DNA from: Toensbergia leucococca
Lineage: Eukaryota
Length of the DNA: 64,000 bases
NCBI GenBank assembly: GCA_022813965.1
Contig: JALDZS010000139.1
Span: 1-64,000, forward strand
Reading direction: 5' to 3'
Shown here: piece by piece, positions 26,501 through 38,132 of the stretch
Numbering within the stretch: the first letter of the stretch is position 1
Layout of the letters: every line of letters begins with the position of its first letter
Notes under the pieces: generated by a model
Told to the model about the DNA's origin: nothing
Databases searched by the model: none
What the model saw: the letters and a program-made list of their open reading frames with translations, nothing else
Program-made: the position numbers and the translations under genes

Positions 26501-27850
26501 ATGGCTACAATTGATGGCTCATACCAAGCAGCATCAAGCCAGCTGGTAAAGGCCTCGGTGCTCCATGGCGTGAAAGATCTACGTTTGGTAAGCTCAATGG
26601 CTCGAATTGGCTTTACTTGGCTAATTGAAGGATCTTTAGGAGGAACGCTCTCTTGAAGCACCTAAACCTACGGAACTTCAAATCTCCATACGGTCAACTG
26701 GCCTATGTGGTTCCGATCTACATTACTATCATCACTATCGAAATGGCAACATCATGGTTCGCGAGCCCATGTCTCTAGGTCATGAATCTGCTGGGGTTGT
26801 CTGCAGTATTGGATCCGAGGTGAAAAACTTCGTTGTTGGAGATCGCGTGGCACTTGAGGTTGGATTACCGTGTAAAGAGTGCGCGAGATGCTTAGAAGGG
26901 AGATACAACATCTGCGAGGGACTCAGATTCAGGAGTTCTGCCAAAGCTTTCCCGCATTTCCAGGGTACACTCCAGGACAGAATCAATCACCCGGCGGCTT
27001 GGTGTCATAAGTGAGCTTGGACAGTCACCTTTGACTGCATGTTGCTGATACATCAGCTACACAGGCTGCCTTCGAATGTTTCTCTCGATCTCGGAGCAAT
27101 ACTTGAACCTCTAGGGGTTGCTATTCATGCATCACGACGTGCTCAATTGGTCCCTGGAAGCACTACCCTCGTGTTTGGTGCCGGCGCTGTTGGACTACTA
27201 TGTGCTGCAATGTGCAAGGTATCTGGAGCGAGTACAGTCATAATTGCAGACATTCAGGCAGAAAGGGTAGCATTCGCGGTTGAAAATGGATTTGCTCATG
27301 GAGGATTTGTAGTTCCAATGAAACGAGGCCAAAATATTGAAGAAAAGCTACAAATTGCAAAAGAAACGGCAGAATTGGCCGGGCAAACGGAAACAATTGG
27401 AGGAGGGTCTCTGGGTGAAGTTGATGCAGTATTTGAGTGCACCGGCGTTGAAGCGTGTACACAGGCTGCCATTTATGTAAGTCTGCGATCAGCTTGATTG
27501 ATCATGGTAATTTCTGACCAGCAAAGGCTACACGACCGGGGGGTAAAGTCATGCTTATTGGTATGGGCATGCCTATACAAACTCTACCAATCTCAGCAGC
27601 TGCGTTACGAGAAGTTGATCTTGTTGGAGTGTTCCGTTACGCAAACACGTATCAGCACGCAATTGAGCTTGTGGCGAGTTCCAACTCTCTGTTTCCCAAT
27701 CTTGAGAAGCTTGTGACGCATCGATACTATGGACTAGATACAGCTCAACAAGCGTTTGAGTTGGCTGGAAAGACGAGTGATGAGAAGGGTAATCTGGTAC
27801 TAAAGGTGGTGATTGAGACGGGCGGAAAGCATAGTAACGGCCGTTTGTAA
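26501..27850 (+). CDS. Zn-dependent medium-chain dehydrogenase, sorbitol/L-idonate 5-dehydrogenase family, 397 aa; exons 26501-26587, 26640-27010, 27065-27476, 27527-27850
   Basis: 'TGLCGSDLHYY', 'LGHESAG', structural Zn 'CKECARCLEGRYNIC', 'GAGAVG', 'FECTG', 'GVFRYANTY'; three GT-AG introns. Confidence 0.93.
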
Positions 27851-28764
27851 TCAGAAAAGGGGCGTATAAACAAAGCATATATTTTCATCTAGGATACAAT
27901 GAGTTGATTGGCTTCAAGTTCAGCCATTCATACGCAATCACCAATCTAGAGATGCAATAATTACTACCATAAAATGTTTGATAGGTATTCATACCCGTAC
28001 ATTCAAGGAATATGACGTGGTGGATCGACAATGATAATCTTATCTTACCCCGCAACGCCACACCCAGCTGGGCTAGCTGGCAGCTGGGTAGCACGAAGCA
28101 GGCAGGGCAATTCTTGCCGACGGGATCCAAATGCCAAGTTGTGAGGGTAAAGAAAACCCCGCCGCGCACAATTAAGGAAATGTTACCCCTGACAAAGCGC
28201 AATTGTTCAATAATTGCCCGATAAGAAGAAGACACAGGCTAGAAGGCATGAGCTTCCACTCGGACGTGGGGTGTGGGGAAGTTAATGTGGGAACACATGC
28301 TACACCAAGCACGCCAGACGTCCGGCCCCAGAGAAGAGAGAACGGCTTCTGCTTTCTGCACTAGATCGACACCTGCTTTTAGATTGTTGAACGGGGAGAA
28401 ACTAGGGACTTGGTAGATTTCTTAGTGGAAGCTAAATCTGGTCGACGATATGAATTAATTCCTACAGAGACTCGTTCGCCGTCATCGAAGTCGAAACCTT
28501 CTGCATCCATTGCCTTAGCTATCTCTGTCTTGCTAAGTCTCGAAATACTCGAGCTTTTCATCTACCTTACAAAGTGAAGGACTCCTTAATAACTCACCGC
28601 TTCTCATCTCAGCATCTCCCTCGAACCTTTCAGTTCTCATTTCCAGTCTCATTCCTCCAATTGAGTAGAGCCAGAGCTCCTCCACCATCCACAAGCAGCC
28701 TCAGCAGATGACCTTGATCTTCCACTCGGAGAACCCATCAACCCCAAAGAAATCAACACCAACA

Positions 28765-29896
28765 ATGGCTCCCGCCAAGCTAAAAATCGGATGTGCTGGC
28801 CTAGGTCGTATGGGAAAACGTCACGCTCTTCATTTCCTTAATCGCACACCACGAGCCGAATTGGTAGCTGCCAGTACCCCTGATGATTCTGAAATAGCAT
28901 GGGCAAAAACGAATCTTGAGCCTTTTGGTGTCACCATATACAAGGACTATGACGAGATGCTCAAGCATGAGGGCCTACAAGCCGTTGTCATTGCCTCTGT
29001 TACAACCGTTCATGCCGAACAAGCCATCAAGGCCATTGCGGCAGATAAGCACACTCTATGCGAGAAACCACTGTCGACCAGCGTTGAAATCGTGAGTCCC
29101 TCCACTCCGCCATACAGCTTCCCACAACAGAAGCCTGACTAATAATCCCTAAAAGTCCCAATCAGTAGTTGATGCTGCAAAAACCAAGCCCCAGCTAAAA
29201 GTAATGTGTGGTTTCTCCCGCCGCTTTGACGACTCCTACCGCGACGCCTGGACAAAAATGGACTCTGGCCTCATCGGACGCCCTTCCATCTTCCGGAGCC
29301 AAACCTGCGACAAGCTTGACCCGTCAGGCTTTTTCGTGGCGTACGCTGAGTTCTCCGGCGGTATCTTTGTCGACTGCTCCATCCACGATATCGATCTAGC
29401 CCTCTGGTTCTTTGGCCAAGATAGCATTGTCAAATCCGTTGTCTCGAGCGGTATCACAGCCGTGCAGCCCGAACTCCGGAAACACAACGACCGCGACAAC
29501 GCTGTTGGCATCGTCGAGTTCTACGGTGGCCGTCTGGCCTACTTATACTGCTCCCGAATGATGGCCGCAGGGCAGGAAGACTCAACCGAAATCACGGGCA
29601 CCGAGGGCAAATTGACCATCAACACGCAGCCACAATCGAACCTCGTAAATATCTATGAATCTACCGGCATCCGGCGCGAGATTCCACCCAACTATTACGG
29701 CCGTTTCGAGCAGGCTTTTGTGACTGAAGCCAATGAATTCACTGCTGCGTGTCTGGACGACGGGAAGCTTCCGATGAAGTTGACGGGAGCGGTGCAGGCC
29801 GTTAAGATTGGGTGTGCGCTACAGGAGAGTTTGATCACGGGGAAGAAGATCTGGTTTGACGAGACGGGGAGAAGGGTGGAAAAGGCGCAAATGTAG
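28765..29896 (+). CDS. Gfo/Idh/MocA oxidoreductase, inositol-dehydrogenase-like (paralog A), 355 aa; exons 28765-29091, 29156-29896
   Basis: 'GLGRMG', 'CEKPLS', 'GFSRRFDDSY', 'GGIFVDCSIHDIDL'. An upstream in-frame ATG at 28708 is an alternative start. Confidence 0.93.
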
Positions 29897-31372
29897 AAAG
29901 AGTGGTTCTCGGGATTAGATTGCTTGCACCATTGACTTACCAGCAAGGGCTGAGGGGCTGAGGGAAAAGAAATAGATCTATAGCAGGCGTTTTTTTCTTC
30001 TTCATCTTCCCGGCTTGGGCTTTCCCGGTGATTTGGGAGGACTGTTATAGAGGCTTTGGTATTTGGATGACCGTTTAGATCCTACTTGACGGTAGAGCAA
30101 CGATGGTTGTTTGAAAGCGAATAAAAAAAGCATTCTTAGAACACAGGGGTTACTCAACCCCTCTCAATTCTCACTCCCCTCCCTCCGACCCCAAATTCGC
30201 TCTACTTCTCAAGAGCAACTCCCCCCCTCACCCGCCTCTTATTCCCACCCAACCCCCGCCTTAACCAAGAAAGCAAAAAAAAAGAAGGGTGGGGGGGAGG
30301 GGGGGAAACGGGCAAAGAAAAGGAAAAGAAAAAAAGAAAATCACCCCTGCCATCGCCATCCCATCCATCCACAAGCACCCCAATCTAACACCGCCCTCAC
30401 CAAACGTTCCAAAAACCCCCCATCTCATCTCACAGAATACGAAACGACGCCCAACCTTCCGTCCCCCCGACCCGGCACAAACCCGGCCCCAAAATCCCTC
30501 ATCGTCGTTCCGTCCTCTTTTCCCACAAAGCCAAAGCCCATCACATCCGTCCTTGCCCCCTCTTCTGTTCTCCATCTCATCAAACCTACCCTCCTCTCCC
30601 TCCCACAAACCTCTCATACCCCCCCCCCCCAACCCAAAAAAGAAAAAAGAGCGCAAAAAAATGCAAGCCTCAAAAAAGAAAAAGAAGAAAGGGAAGAAAA
30701 AGAAAAAAAGAAACAAAGGAAACAAAGAAAAGAGAAAGAGGGCGTACAAATGGCTATCATGGTCGCACTATTGCGCTTTCGTGTGTTGCACGTAAGTGGG
30801 GGCCCGGGGGGGGGAAGCAAATGATTGATTGGGGGAGGGAGCTCGAAGGGGAAAAAGCGGGGAAGGAGGGTGAGAGAAGTGGCTGGATAGAGTTGAGGAG
30901 GGGAGGGGAGAAAGATGGTTGGGGTTGTGCCATTTTTTGGAGTAGAGGAAAAGAAGAAGAAGAAGACGAAAGAAGGAAGGGAAGAAGGAAGGGTAAATAA
31001 AGGACACACCAAGCTTCCGAAGAAAGGAATGGGGGAATTGGGGGCCCCCAAAAAACCACAAGGTAGCCACGAACAAGAATACATATATATCAAAACCCCC
31101 TCTCTCATTTCTGGGTAGAGTAGTCCCTCATAAAAAAAAGAAAAGAAAAAAAAACAATGCGCATCACTAATTCCACTATTTCCCCCCTCCCCCCAATAAG
31201 CCAAAAGAATAATAATAAAAAAGTAATCAAAGACTAAAAACCAAAGACTCCCAAATCATGCACCTAACTTTTCCATTAATCTACTCGTACCATAAAAAAC
31301 ATCAACCAAAATCCATCATGCAAACACAGTATTCTCTTCCCCCCTTCACTCACAAAAAAAAGCAACAAAAGC

Positions 31373-32562
31373 TCAAAGCCTCGCCTTCTCCCCATCCAAC
31401 TGATTCCCCTCCTCATCGAAGCGGATCCTCTCCCCCGTCAACAATGCCTCCTGCAAAGCCCATCCAATCTTCAAACTCATAAGCCCCAACTCCAATTTCA
31501 CAGGCACAGGCGCATTGTCCAGAATCGCCGAGGTGAATTCATTCGCCTCGGTAGCGAAGGCGTCTTCGAATCGCTCCCAGTACTCAGGTTGTACGGCGTG
31601 GGTGATACCCGCGGTTTGGGCAATGGTGACATTATTGAGGCGAGGGACAACATTTACCATTACTTTCCCAGTGGTCCCGACGATTTCAGTGCACACGTCG
31701 TGGCCGTGTGCTTGGGTGCGCGAGCAGTAGAAGTAGGCGATTTTCCCACCCCAGTATTCGACTATTCCTACCCCATTGTCCACATCATTTAGCTCTTTCG
31801 ACTCCGGATGGTGCGATATGGTTCCCGCTGCCCAGACAGCCTTGGGTTTGACGTCGCCCAGGAACCAGAGTGAGAGATCGATATCATGGATGCAGCAATC
31901 TACAAACATGCCTCCGTTGAGCTTAGCGTATCGCACGAAGAAGCCGGTGTTATCAACCAGATCGCATGTTTGCGAGCGAACTATAAAAGGTGCGCCGATA
32001 GCGCCGTTCTCAACTTTGGCTTTTGCGTCACGATACGAGGCGTCGAAGCGGCGCGAGAAGCCGGCCATGACCTTGAGTTCGGGATGTGAATTTGCCATGT
32101 CGACCACACGTTTGGCCTGAACTCAAAGTCTCACGGACTAGGTCAGCTACCAATGTAAGGACTCAAGAGATTGTGCGATAGTGGAAAGACGCTGGGATGG
32201 GCTGGGTACAGCTTCCTACGTACTTCGTTCTGATCTGTGGAAAGGGGCTTCTCGCAAAGTACGTGCAAGCCTTTTTCAATGGCAGCAAATGTTTGCGAAG
32301 CGTGGACATTGGTGCTGGTGGAAACCCAAACAGCCTGCAGGCCTGGATGTTGGATCATTTTCTCGTAGGAATCATACACTTTGATCCCAGCATTCTTGTA
32401 GTTTTCCTTTGCCCAATCTAATTCTTCTGCACTGGTGCTGCAGACGGCTACAACTAGGGCGCGAGAAACGCGTTGGATGAGGCTACGAACATGGCGTTTA
32501 CCCATGCGGCCGAGGCCTGCGACGGCGATGTCCAGCTGGATTGATTGCGAGGAGGTAGCCAT
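31373..32562 (-). CDS. Gfo/Idh/MocA oxidoreductase, inositol-dehydrogenase-like (paralog B), 360 aa; exons 32562-32224, 32116-31373
   Basis: 'GLGRMG', 'CEKPLS', 'GFSRRFDASY', 'GGMFVDCCIHDIDL'; GTACGT..CAG intron 32117-32223. Confidence 0.93.
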
Positions 32563-34329
32563 TGTTATGATGTTGAAGGCCTTGAGTAGAAAGTGTGGTG
32601 TTTGGGAAGAAGATGCTTCGTTGGTTGATTTTGTATAGATCAGGAGAATGGCGGTTGTATAGAGGTAGAGCTCAAAGTGCGCAGCTTCGGTGCACGTGAA
32701 GCTTCTGATATCTACTGCAGGGTTCGGATTGGCTTTCTGCTTGATGCAGTGTCGACCTATAGAGGTATGAATTGAATGCTTTGCACGATGCAGTCGAGAT
32801 GGGAAATTCTTGGGGCTCGGCGAGGGTTGCCTTGTGGCAGGTCAATATACGCCACTACATCGGCAAGATTACCAAGTGGAGAGGCAAATGATAAGATGGA
32901 TATTGGCAATGATCAACTTGTTCAACGCCACTGAGCCGAAGATGAGTCGGCGAGTACATGTCCACTCGGCTCCAAGGATGGACGTGGATTGAGACGACGG
33001 AATTCGAAATGACTGCGACATTTTGCTACTCGGTTAGCACTGTCGCTAGACTGCGAAGTTCGGTTGTGCTTGATCCCATGGGAGAGGGTATGAGCAGATA
33101 GAGGACGATTGATGCTGGTACGAAAGACCGGACAATCAAAGCTGTTGTGGACACATGTATCTTCGACAGGCGATCGATCAAATGGCAAACTAGGGTGGAC
33201 TTGTTTCAAACAGCAGGTCACTCATGTGACTGAAGCCGATGAACGGGCGACGTCAATGAGGGTTCTAGTCCTCGATTGCGTAGAGAGACAGGCTGTTGGA
33301 GGTTGAAACAATGAGGCCATCCACTGTCGTATCCGTAGAATAGGGCTGAATTAAGGTTGGCCCTTTAGGGCTAGAATAAGTATTCAAGTTGAAGCGAGTA
33401 GAACAGTGGCCCTCGGGCGTTGACTCCTTAACTACGAAACTCATCATTCATGGCATAACGACTTTCATCGAAGCATCTCTCATCCCGACCTGTTCACACC
33501 TTTGACCACATTTAGATCTGAGGCTCATAAGGCCACATTCATAGCATGTCCAACTTCCAATCCAACGCCCCGAACATTGCTTGCCTGCTCCTAGGGAAAT
33601 TCAATCAAAGAAACACCAGAAGAGACCGTTGCCTAATCTTCTCACGCTGGTCCTATACTGGAGCCCGTGTCTTCAACGCTTTGATATAGCCTCCATGCTG
33701 CCTCGGAAATTATCCTATCAAAAAATGAAATAAAAAACATATAAAAGAAAAGAGAGACACGGTGAACCTCCTCGCATAGCTTCCTATAATTTTAGATCTC
33801 CATGCAATGTCCAAAATTAATTTCAGTCCATTACAGACAAAAGAAACAGAACATCTTCAAACTCTACTTCTAAGATACTGACCCCTTCGGAAAGAGAGTA
33901 AATAGTCCCATTATGGCAGTCGAATGAAAGTATAGTAACGACAACAACGACGAACTTCACAAATGTGTACTTCTAGTGTGATTTTCGACTCGCAACCAAT
34001 CGGACACCAGGTTGCACCCCGATACTCGTACCACCCCCATATCATCCTCACATCTCATGTTACCCTGAAGTTTCGAAACTAAGACGCCCCGGCTGCAAAG
34101 CACGATACATCAGCTGCAAGAGAATGTAATCATGACATCAATTTCCGAGCAGTTACGCCCATGTATCTGCAGCCATATCCAACGCTAACCACTGAAATAT
34201 GTATCAAGAATGTCTGTCTCTCAGCTCTAATCCACCGAGCACCCTGTAAATGTGATTTTCAAACCGCCATCAAATCGCTTCTTTGGAATATTTGCCTTTC
34301 TAATCTATGCTCTTACAATGATTCTAGCT

Positions 34330-35331
34330 CTACCATCTGATTATTCTTTGGGGGAAGAACTCGTTGATGAGCTCCATGTAATATGGCTGATGGAACAAAT
34401 AAGCGGGAGATATTCTCAGGGAACCAGGTAAGCTTACCTTGAGATCCTCAACTTTGGGGACGTCATCACTTTTGCTGTATAAATCATACGGATTGAATGC
34501 CCTCACAGCCTCCAACATCTTGACATCCTTTTCATTCATAAACTCCATATACGCACCGGCAGAGTGCCATGGGTAGAAAGAGTGATAGCGGATCATAGCC
34601 AGCGCTTCATCTGGCAACTTTGACTGGTCCTTGACGATATGGTAAAGATACTCATCGTGGCCCCACGACAACATAATGTTATCCATACCACAGCCGGGAG
34701 TATAGATGCCATTTTTGGTGCCATACATTTCGTGATCGTGGTCCGGGTTCCCCTTGAAGGTATCGGGGTAGATGATGCGTCTATCGAAAGCGCAGCCGAC
34801 AGGGAAGGTGTCGCCAACCACGTCCCATTGACCGCGGGCATCGAAGAAGAAGAGCAGCTTGCCTAGATCGTGAATGAGGCCTGTAAGCTGCATCCAGCGG
34901 GGTTTGCCATCGCGGCGAATAGCTTCGGCGGATTGAATCAAGTGCTCAATCTGGGTGAGGGAGGTATCCGGATCCGATTCATCAATCAAAGTGTTTAATT
35001 TTTCCATGGCCTCCCAGATGGTCATTTCTGCGCGAGTTTTCGACTTGAAGTCGTTGCGGGCTTTGAGATTGTATGCAACAGTTTGCTTCTCGTGCTGTTC
35101 ACGATAGAAATTCTTGACGCGGTCACAAGCATCTTCGTACTTGCGGAACTGGGCCTTGTCTTTTTCTGCGTCCCAAAGGGATTTCTCGTATATGTCTTTT
35201 TCGGCCTGTTGCTCCGCTTTGAGGTTGGCCTTGAGGACGTTAACGGTGTCAATGTCGTCTGAAGTGGACTCGAGGGCTTGGCCGTCTCGGGAGGTGTCAA
35301 AGACTGTGGGTTCGATGGCTACGGGGGCCAT
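34330..35331 (-). CDS. MIOX: myo-Inositol oxygenase, 316 aa; exons 35331-34438, 34386-34330
   Basis: 'DESDPDT', 'EHLIQSAEAIR', 'IHDLGK', 'QWDVVGDTFPVGC', 'SWGHDEYLY', 'IRYHSFYPWH', 'FNPYDLYSK' (di-iron HD-fold ligands present); 51-nt intron 34387-34437. Confidence 0.97.
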   Translation of the reverse strand: MAPVAIEPTVFDTSRDGQALESTSDDIDTVNVLKANLKAEQQAEKDIYEKSLWDAEKDKAQFRKYEDACDRVKNFYREQHEKQTVAYNLKARNDFKSKTRAEMTIWEAMEKLNTLIDESDPDTSLTQIEHLIQSAEAIRRDGKPRWMQLTGLIHDLGKLLFFFDARGQWDVVGDTFPVGCAFDRRIIYPDTFKGNPDHDHEMYGTKNGIYTPGCGMDNIMLSWGHDEYLYHIVKDQSKLPDEALAMIRYHSFYPWHSAGAYMEFMNEKDVKMLEAVRAFNPYDLYSKSDDVPKVEDLKVSLPGSLRISPAYLFHQPYYMELINEFFPQRIIRW

Positions 35332-36166
35332 TTTGACAGTAGTTTGGGAGATGGAGTGAAGGATCGGGAAACGGACGTCGATGGGAATTTGCAATGAACA
35401 ATGAATTGATAGAGATATTCAGTGATGATATGCAGAAGTCAGATATTAGATATATATCAAGTACGAATTGTGCTTGTATGAATAAAACTGCCAATGTGAA
35501 ACCTGCACAACACCGTCCCTAGATCTGAAGCAACAAGACTGACAATCGTGCAATATCACATGATAACAAAACAGCAGCGAGGTAGAGGAAATTTCCTTCA
35601 TGATGGAATTGAGTTACACAAAGGCCCGTTACAGCCGGAAAGTAAATGTCGCATCTCCCGTCCACTGGATCAGTATCCGTTGTGACATTAGCCACACCAT
35701 CAGCAATGGTTCGAGTGGTTGAGGAAAGTCGGGGATATTCTTGAAAGGCGAGATGTTTCGTGGAGAGAAAGGGGGAAATTACCAGATTGGGATATGCAAG
35801 AGATCCGGCAAGACGTGCAGGGATCGAGTGCCGAATCTACCGATGAACAACCTTATTCGCCACTCAGACCAGGGAACTTCCGGCGGCAAGATTAGGGTAA
35901 GATTAGGGCAAGCTAAGAACCGGCTAAGAACACCCGTCATCATCATCCGACATCAAGATTCTAGACCACGAGACACTTCGAGACTACCTGCTACCTTACT
36001 GCTCACGCATCAAGTCCAAGACCACTATCAAGACCCAGTTCGTCAAGAACCAGCGAATCAGTCATGACCTCCACATGCTCTGGACCGCCGTTCAGGGTCT
36101 CACTCCAAAACAGAAGGCCTTCCTCTCACCATTTGAAAAAATATTGGACCATCACGCGACATCAAC
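35332..36166. promoter_or_regulatory. Bidirectional promoter region between MIOX and the aldo-keto reductase
   Basis: 835 bp between divergent starts; contains CGG-rich words including CGGCAAGA at 35806 and 35884. Confidence 0.6.
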
Positions 36167-37266
36167 ATGACAGACATCGAATTCAAACTCAACACTGGAG
36201 CCTCGATCCCAGCCCTAGGCTTAGGTATGACACCACTCCGACTCCCACTCCACCGACCAAACCCGCCTCTAACATGACCCAGGAACATGGCAATCAGGTC
36301 CAGGTGAAGTCGCCAAAGCCGTCAGTCATGCCCTCTCAGCTGGCTATCGACACATTGACTGCGCCTACATCTACAGCAACGAAGACGAAGTCGGTCAGGG
36401 CCTAGCTGAAGGCTTCAAATCCGCCCAGGTGAAACGAGAAGATGTGTTCGTCACCACAAAGTTATGGTGCACCTACCATACGCGCGTTGAGGAGAATCTA
36501 GATCAGAGCCTGAAGAGCCTTGGATTAGATTATGTAGACCTTTACCTGATGCATTGGCCTTGTCCCATGAACTCCAAAGGTAACCCAACTGCAAAACCCT
36601 CAAAATTACAACCGCAACTAAACCTCTCCCAGGCAACGATCCCAAATTTCCTAAACTCCCCGATGGCTCCCGCGATCTCGACAAGAGCTGGTCGCACATC
36701 CAAACCTACAAAGAAATGGAAAAGCTACTCAAAACAGGCAAGGCAAAAGCCATTGGAGTCTGCAACTACAGCCTGCGCTACCTAGAAGAACTCCTCCCGC
36801 AAATCTCCGTAATTCCAGCCGTCAATCAGATCGAGAACCATCCCTCGCTCCCTCAGCAAGAGATTGTCGACTACTGCAAAGCAAAGGGAGTTCATATCAC
36901 GGCCTACAGTCCCCTAGGTAGTTTCGGAAGTCCCCTCTTCAAAGCCGAACCCGTCCTCGAAGTTGCGAAGAAGCGCTCCGTTTCCGCATCTACAGTCCTA
37001 CTTAGCTACCACAGTAAGCCCTTCCCCTTTCCATCCCCTCGAGAAAACTCATGAGTTAAACCACCTCAGTCGCACGCGGCAGTTCGGTACTCGCCAAATC
37101 CGTCACCCCCTCCCGCATCGACGACAACAGAAACTTGATCAACCTCGATGCCGAAGACATGAAGATCTTAAATCAATACTCGCAGGAACTCGCCGCAAAG
37201 GGCGAGCTGAAGCGATATGTATACCCGTCATTCGGGGTGGATTTTGGGTTCCCTGATAAATCGTGA
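36167..37266 (+). CDS. gar1: Aldo-keto reductase, GAR1-like NADPH-dependent hexuronate (glucuronate/galacturonate) reductase, 310 aa; exons 36167-36224, 36283-36579, 36633-37013, 37070-37266
   Basis: 'GLGTWQS', 'GYRHIDCAYIY', 'VTTKLW', 'LYLMHWP', 'VNQIENHP', 'AYSPLG', 'AKSVTPSRI'. The loop 'GNDPKFPKLPDGSRD' and C-terminus 'KRYVYPSFGVDFGFPDKS' resemble Trichoderma reesei GAR1 as I recall it; orthology needs an alignment. Confidence 0.9.
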
Positions 37267-37867
37267 GAGGAGTTATGTTTGGGGTATGGAAAAAGCAATT
37301 GAATTTTAGATCCGCGCCAGCTTAGAGGATAGATTTCGAGCGATCCATTTCAAAATCTCCCTTTTTTTTTATCTAGATACATATGAAGAAATCAACATCT
37401 CATCCGCGCCCCTAATTCCCAAATCTAACGCACCCACTCTGCCCAGGAAACAAACCCCCCCCTCCCCTTTTCACCCGCCCCCTCCTCGATTCCTCTTCGC
37501 TTCACATCCCTCACCAAAACCCACCCCCCAAGAACAACCAAGCCCCGCCCCATCCCATCATCACCCAAGCAATCCGCCCTCCCACCATCAAATACACCTC
37601 CACCCCTTCATCAAATACCATTCCAGAAACTCAACCCACCCACCCACCACCTCTCTCCCCCAAATGAATTTCCCAATCACCCTCACCCCCAAAAAATTAG
37701 AAAGAAAACAGCTAAAGACATTAGCCAAAAAGAGATACAAAGGTCCCGCTCGCTGGCTCGCACAAACCCCGTGAAAAGCAGATGTGATTTTTGAGGGAAT
37801 AAAGGGGGAAGGAATGCTATAAATGCGTCATATGCTGGGGTAGGGGATACAACTTTATGTCTATATG

Positions 37868-37887
37868 TATATATATATATATATATA
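37868..37887. repeat. (TA)10 microsatellite
   Basis: Direct reading of the sequence. Confidence 0.9.
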
Positions 37888-38108
37888 CATCCATCCATTC
37901 CCCGCTCTCTCTTCAATGAAAGGGTTTACTTTGAAAACAAAAAGTCTCAAACTTTGGCAGTTAGTCTAGTCCTGTTGTATTCATCCCTCATTTGAGAGGG
38001 GGGATCTTGGGTACATATATTGTGGGGGGGGTGGGGGCTATGGAACCAAATGTTAAGTAACCTAGGTAGAGAATGAAATTTTAGAAAGTGATTCAAAGTC
38101 CATCGACA

Positions 38109-38132
38109 GAGTGAGTGAGTGAGTGAGTGAGT
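38109..38132. repeat. (GAGT)6 microsatellite
   Basis: Direct reading of the sequence. Confidence 0.9.

Noticed and set aside
30000..31370. Several long overlapping ORFs (up to 237 aa) between the two Gfo/Idh/MocA genes
   Set aside because: Poly-A, poly-C and purine tracts give Lys/Pro/Phe-rich translations with no domain; low-complexity intergenic DNA.
32600..34300. 1.7-kb gap between paralog B and MIOX, searched for the missing 2-keto-L-gulonate reductase or a lactonase
   Set aside because: Only short ORFs without enzyme motifs; treated as promoter and terminator DNA.
35332..35394. N-terminal extension of MIOX in the ORF track (TTG start)
   Set aside because: The ATG at 35331 has a good fungal context (CAAAATGG) and gives the typical 'MAP' start.
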